64,000 bases of DNA from an uncultured Poribacteria bacterium (GTDB lineage Bacteria; Poribacteria; WGA-4E; WGA-3G): NCBI GenBank assembly GCA_958296135.2, contig CATQHZ020000001.1, positions 3,168,001 through 3,232,000 of the forward strand, read 5' to 3'. Position 1 is the first letter of the stretch, and the number at the start of each line of letters is the position of its first letter. The translations under genes were made by a program, and so were the position numbers. The notes below the pieces were generated by a model. The model saw nothing but the letters and a program-made list of their open reading frames with translations. It did no database searches and had not been told where the DNA came from. Below, piece by piece: positions 15,799-26,340 of this stretch.

Positions 15799-18756
15799 CT
15801 ATTCATTTTCCTCTTTCGTGGCTGGGGGCTCGATTAAGCCCACGCCGTTGTTTTGCCAATTATCCGCCTTCTCTTTCAACTTCTCGAGGTCTTCCGGATT
15901 CTTGATGTCCACGATGTGCGGCGTGATGATGATGACAATCTCCGCGTCTTCAAGTTTCGTCTCGGTTTTCTTGAACAAGCGGCCGAGGAGCGGGATGTCA
16001 CCCAGGAACGGGAGTTTTGTTTCAACCTCTATCCGTTTATTTCGGATGATACCGCCGACAACAATTTGCTGTCCATCTTTAGCATCAATGTAGCTGCTAA
16101 TGGCATTGTCCTCGGTTATCGGTGCGTTGAAGTCCGTGAACTCCACGAAGTTGCTCGCGCTGATATTGGTAATATCCAGGCCAATCGTGCGGGTGCCATC
16201 GGTGCCGGCCTGCGATTTGGCGATATACGGCGTAAGATCGATGTTAATGCCGACCGGCGGATCGATGAAATCGTAGTTGAAAAGTGGTTGCGTGACACCC
16301 TCGCCTAAAATGCTGTTGGTATCAACGCTTTGCAGATAGGGGATGCGCCTGCCGCTGGACCAGGTGGCTTGTTGGCTATCGCGCGTTAACAGCGAGGGTG
16401 TGGAGAGCGTCCGCACCTTATTCTCGCGAATCAGCGCGTGTAGCAGAGCCATGTATTCCTCTGTCGCTAGGCCGATGTTGAATCCGGAAATCTCTTCTTG
16501 GAGTCCCAATTCCGGTGTGAGTTCTCCAACAAGGGGGTTGCCGGTGCGCGGTTCAATGCCGAAAATTCTGTTTTCCTCCACTGTCAACTCGATGCCGAGT
16601 TTCGTAGTATCGTCAAGTGTGACTTCAAGAATGCGAATGTCTATCCACACCTGCCCGCGGACGAAGTCTAATTTGGCGATGAGGGCTCTGACATCGGGGA
16701 TGTAGCGCTGGAGTGTGGTAATAATGAGCGAGTTCGTGTCGGTGTCGGCATAAACCGTGACTTTTCCGCGGAGGGAATTAATGTCTTTCTGCTCCATGCG
16801 GCCGCCGCTTGCGAAGAATCGGCTAAAACTGAAGCCACTGCCTTGACTATCCGCGTCTTCCCAGACCTGGCCAAGCACCTCGGCGAGTTGTTCGGCGTTC
16901 GCATATTCCAACCGAATCGTCTCAGTTATCTCTTTTTGCCCCGCCGGTGTGGGGGTATCCATCGACTTGATAAATTCCGTGATGAGGTTAAAGTTGCGCT
17001 GTGTGGAAGTTGAGACGATGACAGCGTTGAGGGTGTTGTAGGCTTCCGCGGTGACGTTGCCGGCCAATGAGCCCTGCGTCTGATTGCGTTGCCGTTCGGC
17101 TAGGAAAAAGAAAAAGTTGCCGCTGTTTTGCGAGCTGCCTTGGTAAACGCTATTAATGATATTTGCGACGTTTTCTGCGTCGGCGTATTGGAGTTTATAC
17201 ATCCGAGTGCCCCATTCCTGGTCTGGCATGGCGACATCGACTTGGCTAATGAGGTTCTCAATAATCTCGAAATTTTGCGATGCGGTGGAAACCATGAGCG
17301 CGTTGAGCCGTGCATCGGGGACAATGTGGACTTCGCCCTGGATGCCGAATCCGGTCTCCCCGCTAGGTTGGCGTTGCACTCTTGCCCACCACGGTCTCTC
17401 GCGGTCTGCCCCGGTGCTTCCGCCTTCAAAAAGGTCCTGGAGGCCTGGTGCCAGGTCTGTGGCGTTCGCAAACTGGAGGTAGTAGATTTTGATTTCTTCG
17501 CGCGTCTGCTCCTGGTCGAGCGAGTTGATAACCGTTTCGATGATAGGGAAGTTGCGCGGGTCTGAGGAGACGACGACAACGTTCAGTCTATCGTCGCGGG
17601 AGACTCTGACTTCCCCGATGATGCCTTGGTTTTCGATGCCCGTTTCCCGCTGAAACGCGCGCAGTTTCGCCCGGTCCCAGCGGTCGACTCTGCCGGTATT
17701 CCGCTCGCTCTCGCCTGTCAGTACTTCCTGCAAAACTGTGGCAATATCTTCGGCGGCGGCGTTCTTAAGCCGAAATACGCGAATCTTGGTTTGAATGCTC
17801 GGTGATATGTCTAACTGCCGAATGAGTTCGCGGAGGAGGACTAGGTTCGCCTCGGATGCCTTCACGACAAGCGAGTTGGAATTGCTATCGGCGTAGACTT
17901 TCACGGTGCCTTGGAACATTTCAAAGTCGCTTCCTTCTTGGACTGCCTGCCTTGCTTCGCTTGCGTCGCCGACTCTTCTGCCGCTGTTCGCTTTTTCCTC
18001 GTCTTCTTCATCGAGGAAGACTTGCGTGAGCGTTTGCGCGACTTCGGTTGCGTCTGCGTGCGTCAGTGGAATAATCGCGATGCGCAAGGGGAACCGTTCC
18101 CCTTCATCGGCGATTTGCAAGATAGAGACGATGCGTCGGATGTTGGATGCGACATCGGTGATGACGAGCGCGTTCGTGGTGGCTTCGGCGAAAATAACCG
18201 CCTGTTTATTGAGCAGGGGGCGCACAGCATCCACTTGGTCGGCAGCAACAGCGTTCTCCAGTTGCACGACGTAAGTCTGGATTTCATCTGTCTCTTCCAC
18301 TTGTGCCGGATCGGCGAAGATGTGGTTAAACGGCACTTTCATCACCATCGCCTTCTCAAAGGTGGTGATGAGGAGGGTGCTGTCGGTGCGAATGAGCGTC
18401 AGGTTATACTGCGCGAGGATGGTTTTGATTTTTTCTACCACCTGGTCCAACGTGACGTTTTTAAGATTAATCAGGGAGAACCTTTTATCCCGCATGTCCT
18501 CTTCGCTCGCGATGATGGTGAGGTCTGTTTCACGTGCCAGCCATTCCAAGAGCCCTTTGAGTTCTTGGCCGGTGAAGTTGAAGTCAAAACGGATGGCGCG
18601 TCCTTCGTCATCGGTTTCGGCTACGCGCATTGGCGGTTCTTGCTGGTTCTGAGCGGGGAGCTCCGTAAGCAGGCCTAGCAGCATCCCCATACAAACAAGT
18701 AAAATGAACGTTTTTGTATGTCGCAATGCGTTTGATAACATCTCTGGTCCAATCAT
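15799..18756 (-). CDS. gspD: Type II secretion secretin GspD-like, with extra N-domain repeats
   Basis: Repeated L..A.A..(V/I/L)A / N.LVV N-domains, QVWIDIRILEV, LPFLGDIPLLGRLFK, IIITPHIV. Confidence 0.85.
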   Translation of the reverse strand: MIGPEMLSNALRHTKTFILLVCMGMLLGLLTELPAQNQQEPPMRVAETDDEGRAIRFDFNFTGQELKGLLEWLARETDLTIIASEEDMRDKRFSLINLKNVTLDQVVEKIKTILAQYNLTLIRTDSTLLITTFEKAMVMKVPFNHIFADPAQVEETDEIQTYVVQLENAVAADQVDAVRPLLNKQAVIFAEATTNALVITDVASNIRRIVSILQIADEGERFPLRIAIIPLTHADATEVAQTLTQVFLDEEDEEKANSGRRVGDASEARQAVQEGSDFEMFQGTVKVYADSNSNSLVVKASEANLVLLRELIRQLDISPSIQTKIRVFRLKNAAAEDIATVLQEVLTGESERNTGRVDRWDRAKLRAFQRETGIENQGIIGEVRVSRDDRLNVVVVSSDPRNFPIIETVINSLDQEQTREEIKIYYLQFANATDLAPGLQDLFEGGSTGADRERPWWARVQRQPSGETGFGIQGEVHIVPDARLNALMVSTASQNFEIIENLISQVDVAMPDQEWGTRMYKLQYADAENVANIINSVYQGSSQNSGNFFFFLAERQRNQTQGSLAGNVTAEAYNTLNAVIVSTSTQRNFNLITEFIKSMDTPTPAGQKEITETIRLEYANAEQLAEVLGQVWEDADSQGSGFSFSRFFASGGRMEQKDINSLRGKVTVYADTDTNSLIITTLQRYIPDVRALIAKLDFVRGQVWIDIRILEVTLDDTTKLGIELTVEENRIFGIEPRTGNPLVGELTPELGLQEEISGFNIGLATEEYMALLHALIRENKVRTLSTPSLLTRDSQQATWSSGRRIPYLQSVDTNSILGEGVTQPLFNYDFIDPPVGINIDLTPYIAKSQAGTDGTRTIGLDITNISASNFVEFTDFNAPITEDNAISSYIDAKDGQQIVVGGIIRNKRIEVETKLPFLGDIPLLGRLFKKTETKLEDAEIVIIITPHIVDIKNPEDLEKLKEKADNWQNNGVGLIEPPATKEENE

Positions 18757-18884
18757 GTCTCTCTCCGTATATCTGTCATCGACGTTGTCAATGACTACGT
18801 TTTTGAATTAATTTACGTTTCGGCGTGGCGCGGGACAGTCCCTCGCCTTACGGGGGCGGGCGGCGTGACGGCCGCCCCGGGCCC

Positions 18885-20141
18885 TCAAAAAATGCGTGCG
18901 AGCATGAGCACGTTCACACTCAATGTGGCTTCGCGCTCGCGTTGCGTTTCAGGCGCGCCGCGCGGCCCGGGGCGCGCGCTCGTCTGCTTCTCCACAGCAA
19001 TCCTCAAATCTCTGACAGTCAACCATTTCGTGCTAGTGTCAATCAGCTGGTTTAACTTAACCAATTTTTCCATATCCGTCTTGAATTTCATTTCAACGAT
19101 GTAAGTCTCATACTGATACGTTGACGGTGCCAAGGCTAGCTGCTCTACCAACGTTCGCCGTTTTTCCTGAATGGCTTCGACATATTCTATCAACGCCACA
19201 ATGAGTTGTTCCTGGTCAAACGGTGCGCTTAGGATGCTGTCCATTATATCCTCTTCGCTGTTCTCCGCTGCTAGACGCTGTTGGCGTGCGGTGTAAGCCT
19301 GCTCGGACTTCAGCAGTACCTCCAACAGTGGGCTATCCTCCAGAAACTGAACTTCTACCGATGCCGAGGTGGCACCGATGCCGAAGATACCGGGGTTAGC
19401 AACCGTAGTCCGCTCGTGAATCTGTGATTCAAAGAAGCCGCGTTTCAAACCGGTCGCGCCCCGTAATTCCTGTTCAACCATCGCACGGATGAAAGTGGCA
19501 AGATGGACGCGGATAGCCACCGGCATCACCTCTGGAAGGGGGGCAAACGTCTGCGGATTTTTCGTCTGCGCGGCTGTCGCGGGTTCATCTTCGCCGAGCC
19601 ATGCCCAAATGAGGGTGCCGAACATGTTCTCTTCTGCCTCCAGCTCCTTCTCAAGTGCCACTTTTTCTGCTTCCAGGTGTTTCTGGTAGAGGTAAAGCAC
19701 GAGGTTTTGACGGGTTTGCAAGGAGAGCTGCGCTGTCTGTTTGCCGGGTGCAGGCTTCGTCTGTATCTGATAGTTCTGTTGCACGCCGGCGCGTTTGACG
19801 AGCGCGTCGATGCGCCGTCTTATCACTGTCTCCGGATGCTCCCGAGCAAAGATAGTGGTTACATTCGGCTGATTTTGAACGGCTAAGCCGGTATCCTTGT
19901 AGATTGCGGATTCGACCTTTTTAAGGATTTGCGCCGCAGCAATCAGATTTTCTGTCCGCTGCAGCTGTTCTTGCTTGGAGTCCGTGTTGTCCCTGGAAAA
20001 TATGCCCCAAAATGCCGGTGCGATTTGCATCGCGAGCGCGGCGAGAAGGACAACGCCTAAGACGACAAGCAAGACTCGGGTTAGCGGGGTTAATTGGAGA
20101 TTCAAGTCCATATTTTTGTTATTTTTTCTCCTGCGTGCCAT
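18885..20141 (-). CDS. GspM/PilO-like inner-membrane platform protein, enlarged
   Basis: Single N-terminal TM, coiled coil, C-terminal ferredoxin-like pattern (VEMKFKTDMEKLVKL...LTVRDLRI), position in the T2SS operon. Confidence 0.55.
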   Translation of the reverse strand: MARRRKNNKNMDLNLQLTPLTRVLLVVLGVVLLAALAMQIAPAFWGIFSRDNTDSKQEQLQRTENLIAAAQILKKVESAIYKDTGLAVQNQPNVTTIFAREHPETVIRRRIDALVKRAGVQQNYQIQTKPAPGKQTAQLSLQTRQNLVLYLYQKHLEAEKVALEKELEAEENMFGTLIWAWLGEDEPATAAQTKNPQTFAPLPEVMPVAIRVHLATFIRAMVEQELRGATGLKRGFFESQIHERTTVANPGIFGIGATSASVEVQFLEDSPLLEVLLKSEQAYTARQQRLAAENSEEDIMDSILSAPFDQEQLIVALIEYVEAIQEKRRTLVEQLALAPSTYQYETYIVEMKFKTDMEKLVKLNQLIDTSTKWLTVRDLRIAVEKQTSARPGPRGAPETQREREATLSVNVLMLARIF

Positions 20142-21939
20142 CTTTTTTCGTGGGCATGTTTTCTGTGGGTGGCGACGCGACTTCAACTTCCGCGTTTTTC
20201 TCATTGGGCGGCAGTGCGTCTTTCACGTCCGCGTCGGGTTTCTCTTCCTGCAGCGTGTCGGATGCAGGCGGTTCGATTTCCAGTGCCTCTTCAGGTTCTG
20301 CTTCTTCAAACGTTGGAAGTGTTGGCATCAGGTACCGCTTTTGCGCGAACGCTTTTACAGCCGATGCAGCTAGGTTACAGCGTACCTGCACTTGGAAAAC
20401 CGTTTTCCTATTTTCAGATGCTGTCGTAACCTCCCCCAATTGGACGTTTGTAAATACGGTAGACCGGTTGAGCGCGCTGAGCAGGGAGTTGATTACGTTA
20501 TGAGAGGCGGCTTCCAAATTGAAGGTAATCCGCGCCTGCGCCGGTTTGTTCAGGTTCGTCACGTTGAAGTTCGTCCATGCTATTTGCGTCCGATCGGCGA
20601 ACGTTTCGCTGAGTGCGTACAAAATATCAAGCGGCGAGGGGTGATGGGTGAGCATGTCCGTGAGTGCCAATTCGTGTGCGAGCTGCGTTTGGGCGGTGCC
20701 TATCGAGTGGGTGAAATCCGTGAGTCGTATCTCCATTGATTCAGCTCGATGCTGCTGCAACCGCTGTAAGGTGAGCCCACCGAAAAGGATGCCTGTGGCC
20801 AACGCGCCCCCGAAAGTGCCGGCGATAAGGAACTGCCGTTTGCGCGCCGTTTGCGTGAGCGTTTTCTCTGCCTCTTCGGGTAAAAGCGAGACGCGCGTAT
20901 CCTTATCCAGCGCGCTCAGCGCGACACCGAACGGGACTGCAAACATATCTCCGTGTTCATCAAGGCTTTCTGCAGAGGTGATATCCATCTCCGCGCGTAG
21001 CGCGTCGAACGGGTTCCACAGCCGCGTCGGCATATTCAGTGCTGTTTCACACACTTCGGCGAGTTCGGGGATGCGCGCGCCGCCGCCACACAGCCAAAGT
21101 TCCGGAGGCGCGTTCTGTCCAGCTCTCTCCTCCATCTCGCGTTGCGCAGCGACGATAGAACGTCGTAGTTCGCCGATAAAGCGCGTTGCCCATTCCTGCG
21201 TCGGCATCTCTTGTGCGGAGAGGTGCCGTTTTTCCTCCTCCGCAGTCTCAAAATCGATGTTCAGTGCCGCCATCACATTTTCGGACAGGAGGTTGCCGCC
21301 GATGCGGAAACTGCGTGAGAACCGCAAGGAATTGTCCTGCATGAAGCAGAAGTCTGTCTGTCCGGCCCCGATATCAACGATGATTCTGTTTTGCGAGCGA
21401 GTTTCTTCTCGTTTTGCAACTTTAGCGATTGCCACCATTGATGGAATCACCGCCGTGGGCGACGCGCCTGTCTGCCTGACTGGGGCCATGTACCGCTCGA
21501 CTGCCTCCCGCCGGGTTGATACTAATTCCACGGACGTTGATTCGCCTGTCTGCTGCACGTTATGATAGGTGAAGATTGCTTCCTCCACCCGGAACGGGAG
21601 TTCTGTTTCCGCGGCGAGTGCGACGACATTTGCGAGCTGCTCATCTGTCGCCGCGGGCAGGTTCGCGAGGTGTTTGGTGTTCACCAAATATCGTGGCAGT
21701 GCCACGCCGACTTCGGTTTTCTGTCTGCTGAAAATCGCCCGAACACCGGTGGGGGTGCGGTAGCCTAAGCGCGCCCAGAGCGCGTTTACCGATGCCGAGA
21801 CAGACTGTCTATCCTCTCTGTCAGCATGCGCGACAACGCTTGCATGGACGAGCCGCAGGCCGGCTGAGCTCTGCTCGAGTTGAACGATTTTGGCTGTGTT
21901 TGTGCCGATGTCTATCGCCACTACCTGATTTTTCGCCAT
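20119..21939 (-). CDS. pilM: PilM/GspL-like actin-fold protein fused to a PilN-like domain
   Basis: VAIDIGTNTAK, IVDIGAGQT, LCGGGARIP, then a TM segment and a periplasmic domain. Confidence 0.8.
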   Translation of the reverse strand: MAKNQVVAIDIGTNTAKIVQLEQSSAGLRLVHASVVAHADREDRQSVSASVNALWARLGYRTPTGVRAIFSRQKTEVGVALPRYLVNTKHLANLPAATDEQLANVVALAAETELPFRVEEAIFTYHNVQQTGESTSVELVSTRREAVERYMAPVRQTGASPTAVIPSMVAIAKVAKREETRSQNRIIVDIGAGQTDFCFMQDNSLRFSRSFRIGGNLLSENVMAALNIDFETAEEEKRHLSAQEMPTQEWATRFIGELRRSIVAAQREMEERAGQNAPPELWLCGGGARIPELAEVCETALNMPTRLWNPFDALRAEMDITSAESLDEHGDMFAVPFGVALSALDKDTRVSLLPEEAEKTLTQTARKRQFLIAGTFGGALATGILFGGLTLQRLQQHRAESMEIRLTDFTHSIGTAQTQLAHELALTDMLTHHPSPLDILYALSETFADRTQIAWTNFNVTNLNKPAQARITFNLEAASHNVINSLLSALNRSTVFTNVQLGEVTTASENRKTVFQVQVRCNLAASAVKAFAQKRYLMPTLPTFEEAEPEEALEIEPPASDTLQEEKPDADVKDALPPNEKNAEVEVASPPTENMPTKKDGTQEKK

Positions 21940-21947
21940 TTTTTCCC

Positions 21948-23504
21948 TTAATCCTGTCGCCAATATTGAACCGTCACCGAATCCCTGCTTCTGTCAATGA
22001 TACCGACGCATGTCGCCACGACTTTGTTGTTCAGATCCGTGCCGGATGCCTCAATGCGATAGGCGTGTGAACGATATGTCACCCAATCCACAACTTCCCG
22101 AAATGTCTCAAAATCGATTTCCTGCACTTCCATCAATTGTGAGATGGCGGTGAAAGGATTGCCTTCGATCCCTTGTTCCGCTAAGTCTTGCGCTTGCTGG
22201 CTGTCGGATGGGGTTTCTTCTCGGCGTGCCGTGATGGCCTGCGCCTTCTCGGCATCCATCCCCGGCAACAACGCCATCGTTTCCGGTGATGCGGTGTTGA
22301 CGTTGATTAACCCGCTGAGCGTCTCGTCGTCTTTTAAGGTAACCTTATCAACGATGTTGACAAACTCTTCCTGCGTCAGCAGTTTTACCTCTTTGATGGC
22401 ATCGACGTTTTGGAAGGTGCCTTGCGTGTCGCGATGATTGACGATGCGTTCGGCGATGCCTTCGTCAATGCCGTCCAACGATTGCAACTCCTCGACATCG
22501 GCAGTGTTGATATTAACCTGTTCGCTGCCCGGCTGTTCTTCCTTTTCTTCGGCGGCGTTCTCTTCCTCTTGATTGCCGCCTTCGCCGCCTTCTGTCGTGA
22601 TTCTATCGCGGATGTTATTGAAAAGTTCGTCAGAAACAGCTTGGACATCGACGAGTTCAGCAATTTGTTCAAATTCGCGCTGTTGGATGAGCGATTCCGC
22701 CTCGGCTTGCGAGAAAATCTGTTGCTCGTTTTTCATCCGAACTCCTGTTAACTGTCCGGCATCCGCTGTGTTCACATTGACGCGAGCTTCGCCATTTGCA
22801 TCGGTGTTAGCGTCAATTGAATAGACGGTTGCTAAATGAACGAGCCCTGTCGCAGGAGGCGCGGCTTGCGTCCCGAGAGTTGTTGTCTGCGCGAGAGGGG
22901 CCCCGCCACGTTGTTCTGTCGCGGCCGGGAGGGTGCCCCTACCAGACGGGAGAGAGGTGCCGTCGGCTGATTGCAGGTTTCCATACAGCAGTTCTTCTGT
23001 CATCCCCTCAATTCTGGCGAGCGCGCGCACGGTACGATAGGGTTGTCCTTCATGGATCTGGTTCGCCAATTCCTGGGTGAAGGTATCGTCCGGTTCTGCG
23101 CCGGCTAAAGCGAGCAAGTTGACGATAAGTTCCGGATCTGCCGTGTTGATGTTAATTTTTGCCGATTCGTCTGTGACTGCAACGCGATAGACGAGCAGAT
23201 TTCCCAGTTGGATGCCATCCTCCACCTGGCCTTCCCGCGGCGCTGCCCAGTCTTCCCCGAGTGAGTCAAAGGGAGTCAGATCGCCGCGTAGCACGGCGAG
23301 TGTCCATTCAAACCCGGCTTTGGCGGCGTAGTGATACTTTGCACGCTCCAAGAAGTTCCGTTGTGCCCGCTGCTCTAAGTGAATGGAATAGAGCAGTTGC
23401 GTTGCGAGGATAGAGAGGATTGTCACTATCCAAAGCGTTGAGATGAGGGAGAGTCCTTCCTCATTAAGGCACCAGTTCCTCCAGTTGCTTTCGCGCGTTG
23501 TCAT
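21948..23504 (-). CDS. gspK: Minor pseudopilin GspK-like with helix-hairpin-helix motifs
   Basis: G|LSLISTLWIV leader, DESAKININTA, several VNINTA/HhH repeats. Confidence 0.8.
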   Translation of the reverse strand: MTTRESNWRNWCLNEEGLSLISTLWIVTILSILATQLLYSIHLEQRAQRNFLERAKYHYAAKAGFEWTLAVLRGDLTPFDSLGEDWAAPREGQVEDGIQLGNLLVYRVAVTDESAKININTADPELIVNLLALAGAEPDDTFTQELANQIHEGQPYRTVRALARIEGMTEELLYGNLQSADGTSLPSGRGTLPAATEQRGGAPLAQTTTLGTQAAPPATGLVHLATVYSIDANTDANGEARVNVNTADAGQLTGVRMKNEQQIFSQAEAESLIQQREFEQIAELVDVQAVSDELFNNIRDRITTEGGEGGNQEEENAAEEKEEQPGSEQVNINTADVEELQSLDGIDEGIAERIVNHRDTQGTFQNVDAIKEVKLLTQEEFVNIVDKVTLKDDETLSGLINVNTASPETMALLPGMDAEKAQAITARREETPSDSQQAQDLAEQGIEGNPFTAISQLMEVQEIDFETFREVVDWVTYRSHAYRIEASGTDLNNKVVATCVGIIDRSRDSVTVQYWRQD

Positions 23505-24388
23505 TGCGGCGGTCCTCCCTGTTCCTCTGGCGCGGCAGGGGGTTGCGGCAAAGCAACCATCGTTGATTGGTTCATCACATTGGGCTGCGTTGCGGCCGGC
23601 TGAACTTGTGTTGCCTCAAGGCTGAGCGGAGGCTGTTCCTCGCCTCTCACTGTTATCAAGATACGAACCGCGACTGGGTTGCTGTCCTCCTGGTCCCATG
23701 AATCATACCATGTTTCCTGGTCATCGAGATACTTCAGGTCGAAATTGACGATTCCTGTGACGAGGGTTGCGATTTGAAAATAAATCGGTTCGCCGTTTTC
23801 GTCTGTTTGCGGTGCTGTTCCTGTCTCTATCAGAGAACCGATAGCGACTTCGGGGTTGAGAGCCGTGGTAGTCACCCGATAGAGTGCCAGTTCTTCTGTC
23901 TGTGCATCGGCGTTCGCGCTCGGGAGTGCGTTCCTACCGGTTTCTCCCGGCGGCATATCGGCACGGACGAAATAGGCGACGCGCTGGACATCGCTTACCA
24001 ACGGCGGTAACCTCGCCAAATTTTGTTGCGAACCACCCCTGCCGGCATTGAGTTGCGCCAGAAACGGGTCCGGATCTGTCCGCACCAATGTAACGAAACT
24101 GAGCATGTCACGTTCTCCCGATTCTGAAGGCACATCTTGCGTATAGAGCACGAAATCCGGCTCTTCTGGCGAAGCTTGGAAGTGCTTCAAATCGGTTACG
24201 AGTCTGTCTAACGCGACCCGAGTTCGCTGTGCAGCAAGTATCCTCGCCTCGGTCTGATGGTAAGCATCTATCGAGGTTTTGAAGACAGCGTAAGCGGCAC
24301 CGGCGATGATGGCGAGGATGCTGACAGAGACGAGCATCTCAACGAGGGTGAAGCCGCTTTCGTGAGGTTCTGGGTAACTCTTGTGCAT
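23501..24388 (-). CDS. gspJ: Minor pseudopilin GspJ-like
   Basis: G|FTLVEMLV prepilin motif, WYDSWD...PVAVRI. Confidence 0.8.
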   Translation of the reverse strand: MHKSYPEPHESGFTLVEMLVSVSILAIIAGAAYAVFKTSIDAYHQTEARILAAQRTRVALDRLVTDLKHFQASPEEPDFVLYTQDVPSESGERDMLSFVTLVRTDPDPFLAQLNAGRGGSQQNLARLPPLVSDVQRVAYFVRADMPPGETGRNALPSANADAQTEELALYRVTTTALNPEVAIGSLIETGTAPQTDENGEPIYFQIATLVTGIVNFDLKYLDDQETWYDSWDQEDSNPVAVRILITVRGEEQPPLSLEATQVQPAATQPNVMNQSTMVALPQPPAAPEEQGGPPQ

Positions 24389-24463
24389 CCTGTATTCCCT
24401 TTTCGGTAGGCAGTGTTTGCAACTGCGAGTTCGTGCGCGCTTCCAAAGCCTACCGGATGTGTT

Positions 24464-24856
24464 TTATTGTTCTTGCTGCTTCTGCTTGTCCGCTACAAAG
24501 GTATACATGGACATCGAACGTTCTCTGCCGAGGTGCTGCCATGAAACCGCGACTTGAATCCGCCGCACGCCTTGCACCTCTTCAGATTGGATATCCTCAA
24601 CGATAGAATGCCACTGATAACGTGAGTTATCCCCAAATTCTCCGGTTTCTTCACCTATTTCCGGATAGCCGTCCAGTTCAATCTCTGCCATCCGGAATTT
24701 GATGAGGTAGAGTGCCGTTGTCTGGTTATCGGAAAGTGCCTGATTTCGGGTTGCAGATGAGAAAACCTGCAACAGCGCGGGTAGCACGGCGGCCAGAATC
24801 GTCAGCGTTACCAGAATTTCAACAAGCGTAAATCCGTGTTCGTTAGAAGGATGCAT
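24464..24856 (-). CDS. gspI: Minor pseudopilin GspI-like
   Basis: G|FTLVEILV, short pilin with YQW and RRIQVAVSW. Start uncertain (24856 or 24880). Confidence 0.75.
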   Translation of the reverse strand: MHPSNEHGFTLVEILVTLTILAAVLPALLQVFSSATRNQALSDNQTTALYLIKFRMAEIELDGYPEIGEETGEFGDNSRYQWHSIVEDIQSEEVQGVRRIQVAVSWQHLGRERSMSMYTFVADKQKQQEQ

Positions 24857-24985
24857 GATGTTTGTTTCATTTTTAGACACGGCGAGGGTTAGCTGAGGCG
24901 GGGCGGCACACGCCCGTTTTCTGTCGGCGTGCCCGTGACGGCCCTCGCCCTCCGGTGAAATGGATGGACAGGTCCCTCTCTCGGT

Positions 24986-25732
24986 TTACTGAGAACGTGC
25001 ATTTTCTTCAAAACCTAGTTCCGCAATCTCTTCATTTGTGAGGTGTCGCACGCGAACGCGTCCACTTGCTGCCTCAACGGTGACAGACATTACCTTATTT
25101 TGCTGGTTCTGAAGGTAGATCTGCGTATCTTCAGAAGCCGCGGTCGGCGAGAAGTAGACATACTCAACGCCGGAATTGACGTGCGCGGTCTGCCCGTTGT
25201 GGTTTGTTACCACAGCTGCTAGCGTTATCTGCTGTTCCAACGCCTGCGGCACGCCGAGGATGCTGCCTGTGCGCGATACTCCCTGTTGCGCGGTTTCCGC
25301 GGTGGAGCCAAGATTAGGTGCTCGTGCATTTCCCGCGGTGATGACTGAAGTCAGCGGGTTTCTCGGGTCGAACGTTTCGCTGGAGGCGAGCCAGCACTGC
25401 TCCCTGTCCAGATCGAGCACGACGAGGTGTCCTGTTCGTTCCGTGATGGCCATATCTCGTGCGAAGACAAGCAGGTTGCGGACGGTCTGCGCGGATGCCT
25501 TCAGGCGGCGCGTTGAAGCGAATCCCCTCAGGGCGGGCATGGAAATCGCGGAGAGCACGGCAATGATTGTCATGACGAGCAGGAGTTCCATCATCGTGAA
25601 ACCGCGCTCGGATTGCCGGGGTGAATTTCTATGTCGGCCCGGCGCGGGACGTGTTGCGCGATCGAAGTAAGGTGAGGGACAGGTCTCCCTCGCCCTCCAT
25701 TTGATAGGGGAGTCTTTGTATCCGGCTATCAC
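24986..25732 (-). CDS. gspH: Minor pseudopilin GspH/FimT-like
   Basis: G|FTMMELLLV, ARDMAI, VTVEAASGRVRV. The only in-frame start between the gspG stop and the cleavage site is GTG 25732. Confidence 0.72.
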   Translation of the reverse strand: MIAGYKDSPIKWRARETCPSPYFDRATRPAPGRHRNSPRQSERGFTMMELLLVMTIIAVLSAISMPALRGFASTRRLKASAQTVRNLLVFARDMAITERTGHLVVLDLDREQCWLASSETFDPRNPLTSVITAGNARAPNLGSTAETAQQGVSRTGSILGVPQALEQQITLAAVVTNHNGQTAHVNSGVEYVYFSPTAASEDTQIYLQNQQNKVMSVTVEAASGRVRVRHLTNEEIAELGFEENARSQ

Positions 25733-25742
25733 GTTCGCCGTT

Positions 25743-26228
25743 TCAGTTGTTCGCCTGCCCTGTCTGCCAATTGGTGATGTCCGCGTCAAAACTCTCACCC
25801 CCTACTTTGCCATCTTTGCCGCGGGAGTAGATGTCATAGTCGTAGCCAGGGTGCGTTCCTGGGTAGCGATAGACGTAAGGGTTATTCCAAGGGTCCAGAA
25901 AACTCTCGGTTTTGATATAGGGCCCGGACCAGTTTTGCGGTGTGGGGCTCGGTGCCTGCCACAACGCCTCCAGGCCTTGCTCAGTCGTTGGGTAATCCCC
26001 GACTTGCACGGCGTAGAGGTCCAAGGCGGTTCTGAGGTTTCCGATTTCAAGCCGTGCTTTTGAGACGCGCGCTCGCTGCGGTGCATCCATGATGCGCGGC
26101 GCGATGAACGTCGCCAAAATGCCTAAGATCACGATAACAATGGTGAGTTCAATCAGGGTTAACCCTGATTCATCCGCAAGGAGGGAATTCCGCTTGCGGG
26201 ATTCGTTCGTTCTGTGTTGCGTTTGCAT
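25743..26228 (-). CDS. gspG: Major pseudopilin GspG
   Basis: G|LTLIEL, ALDLY...GDYPTTEQGLEAL, WSGPY, DPWNNPYVYRYPG, YDIYSRGKDG, DITNW. Confidence 0.95.
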   Translation of the reverse strand: MQTQHRTNESRKRNSLLADESGLTLIELTIVIVILGILATFIAPRIMDAPQRARVSKARLEIGNLRTALDLYAVQVGDYPTTEQGLEALWQAPSPTPQNWSGPYIKTESFLDPWNNPYVYRYPGTHPGYDYDIYSRGKDGKVGGESFDADITNWQTGQANN

Positions 26229-26340
26229 GTCAATTAATCTCCTATACGGTATGTTGTTACGTCTCGGCAGCAATGCTTGTAGACTGCTGTTGGACTTTAG
26301 ACCGGTTTCAAGGTGGAAGGTTCTTTTTTTCTATCCTTCT

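Noticed and set aside
21948-23504. ComEA-like HhH motifs suggesting a DNA-uptake machine
   Set aside because: HhH-like repeats are common in GspK-family proteins, this protein is acidic, and no comEC or pilT is in the window.
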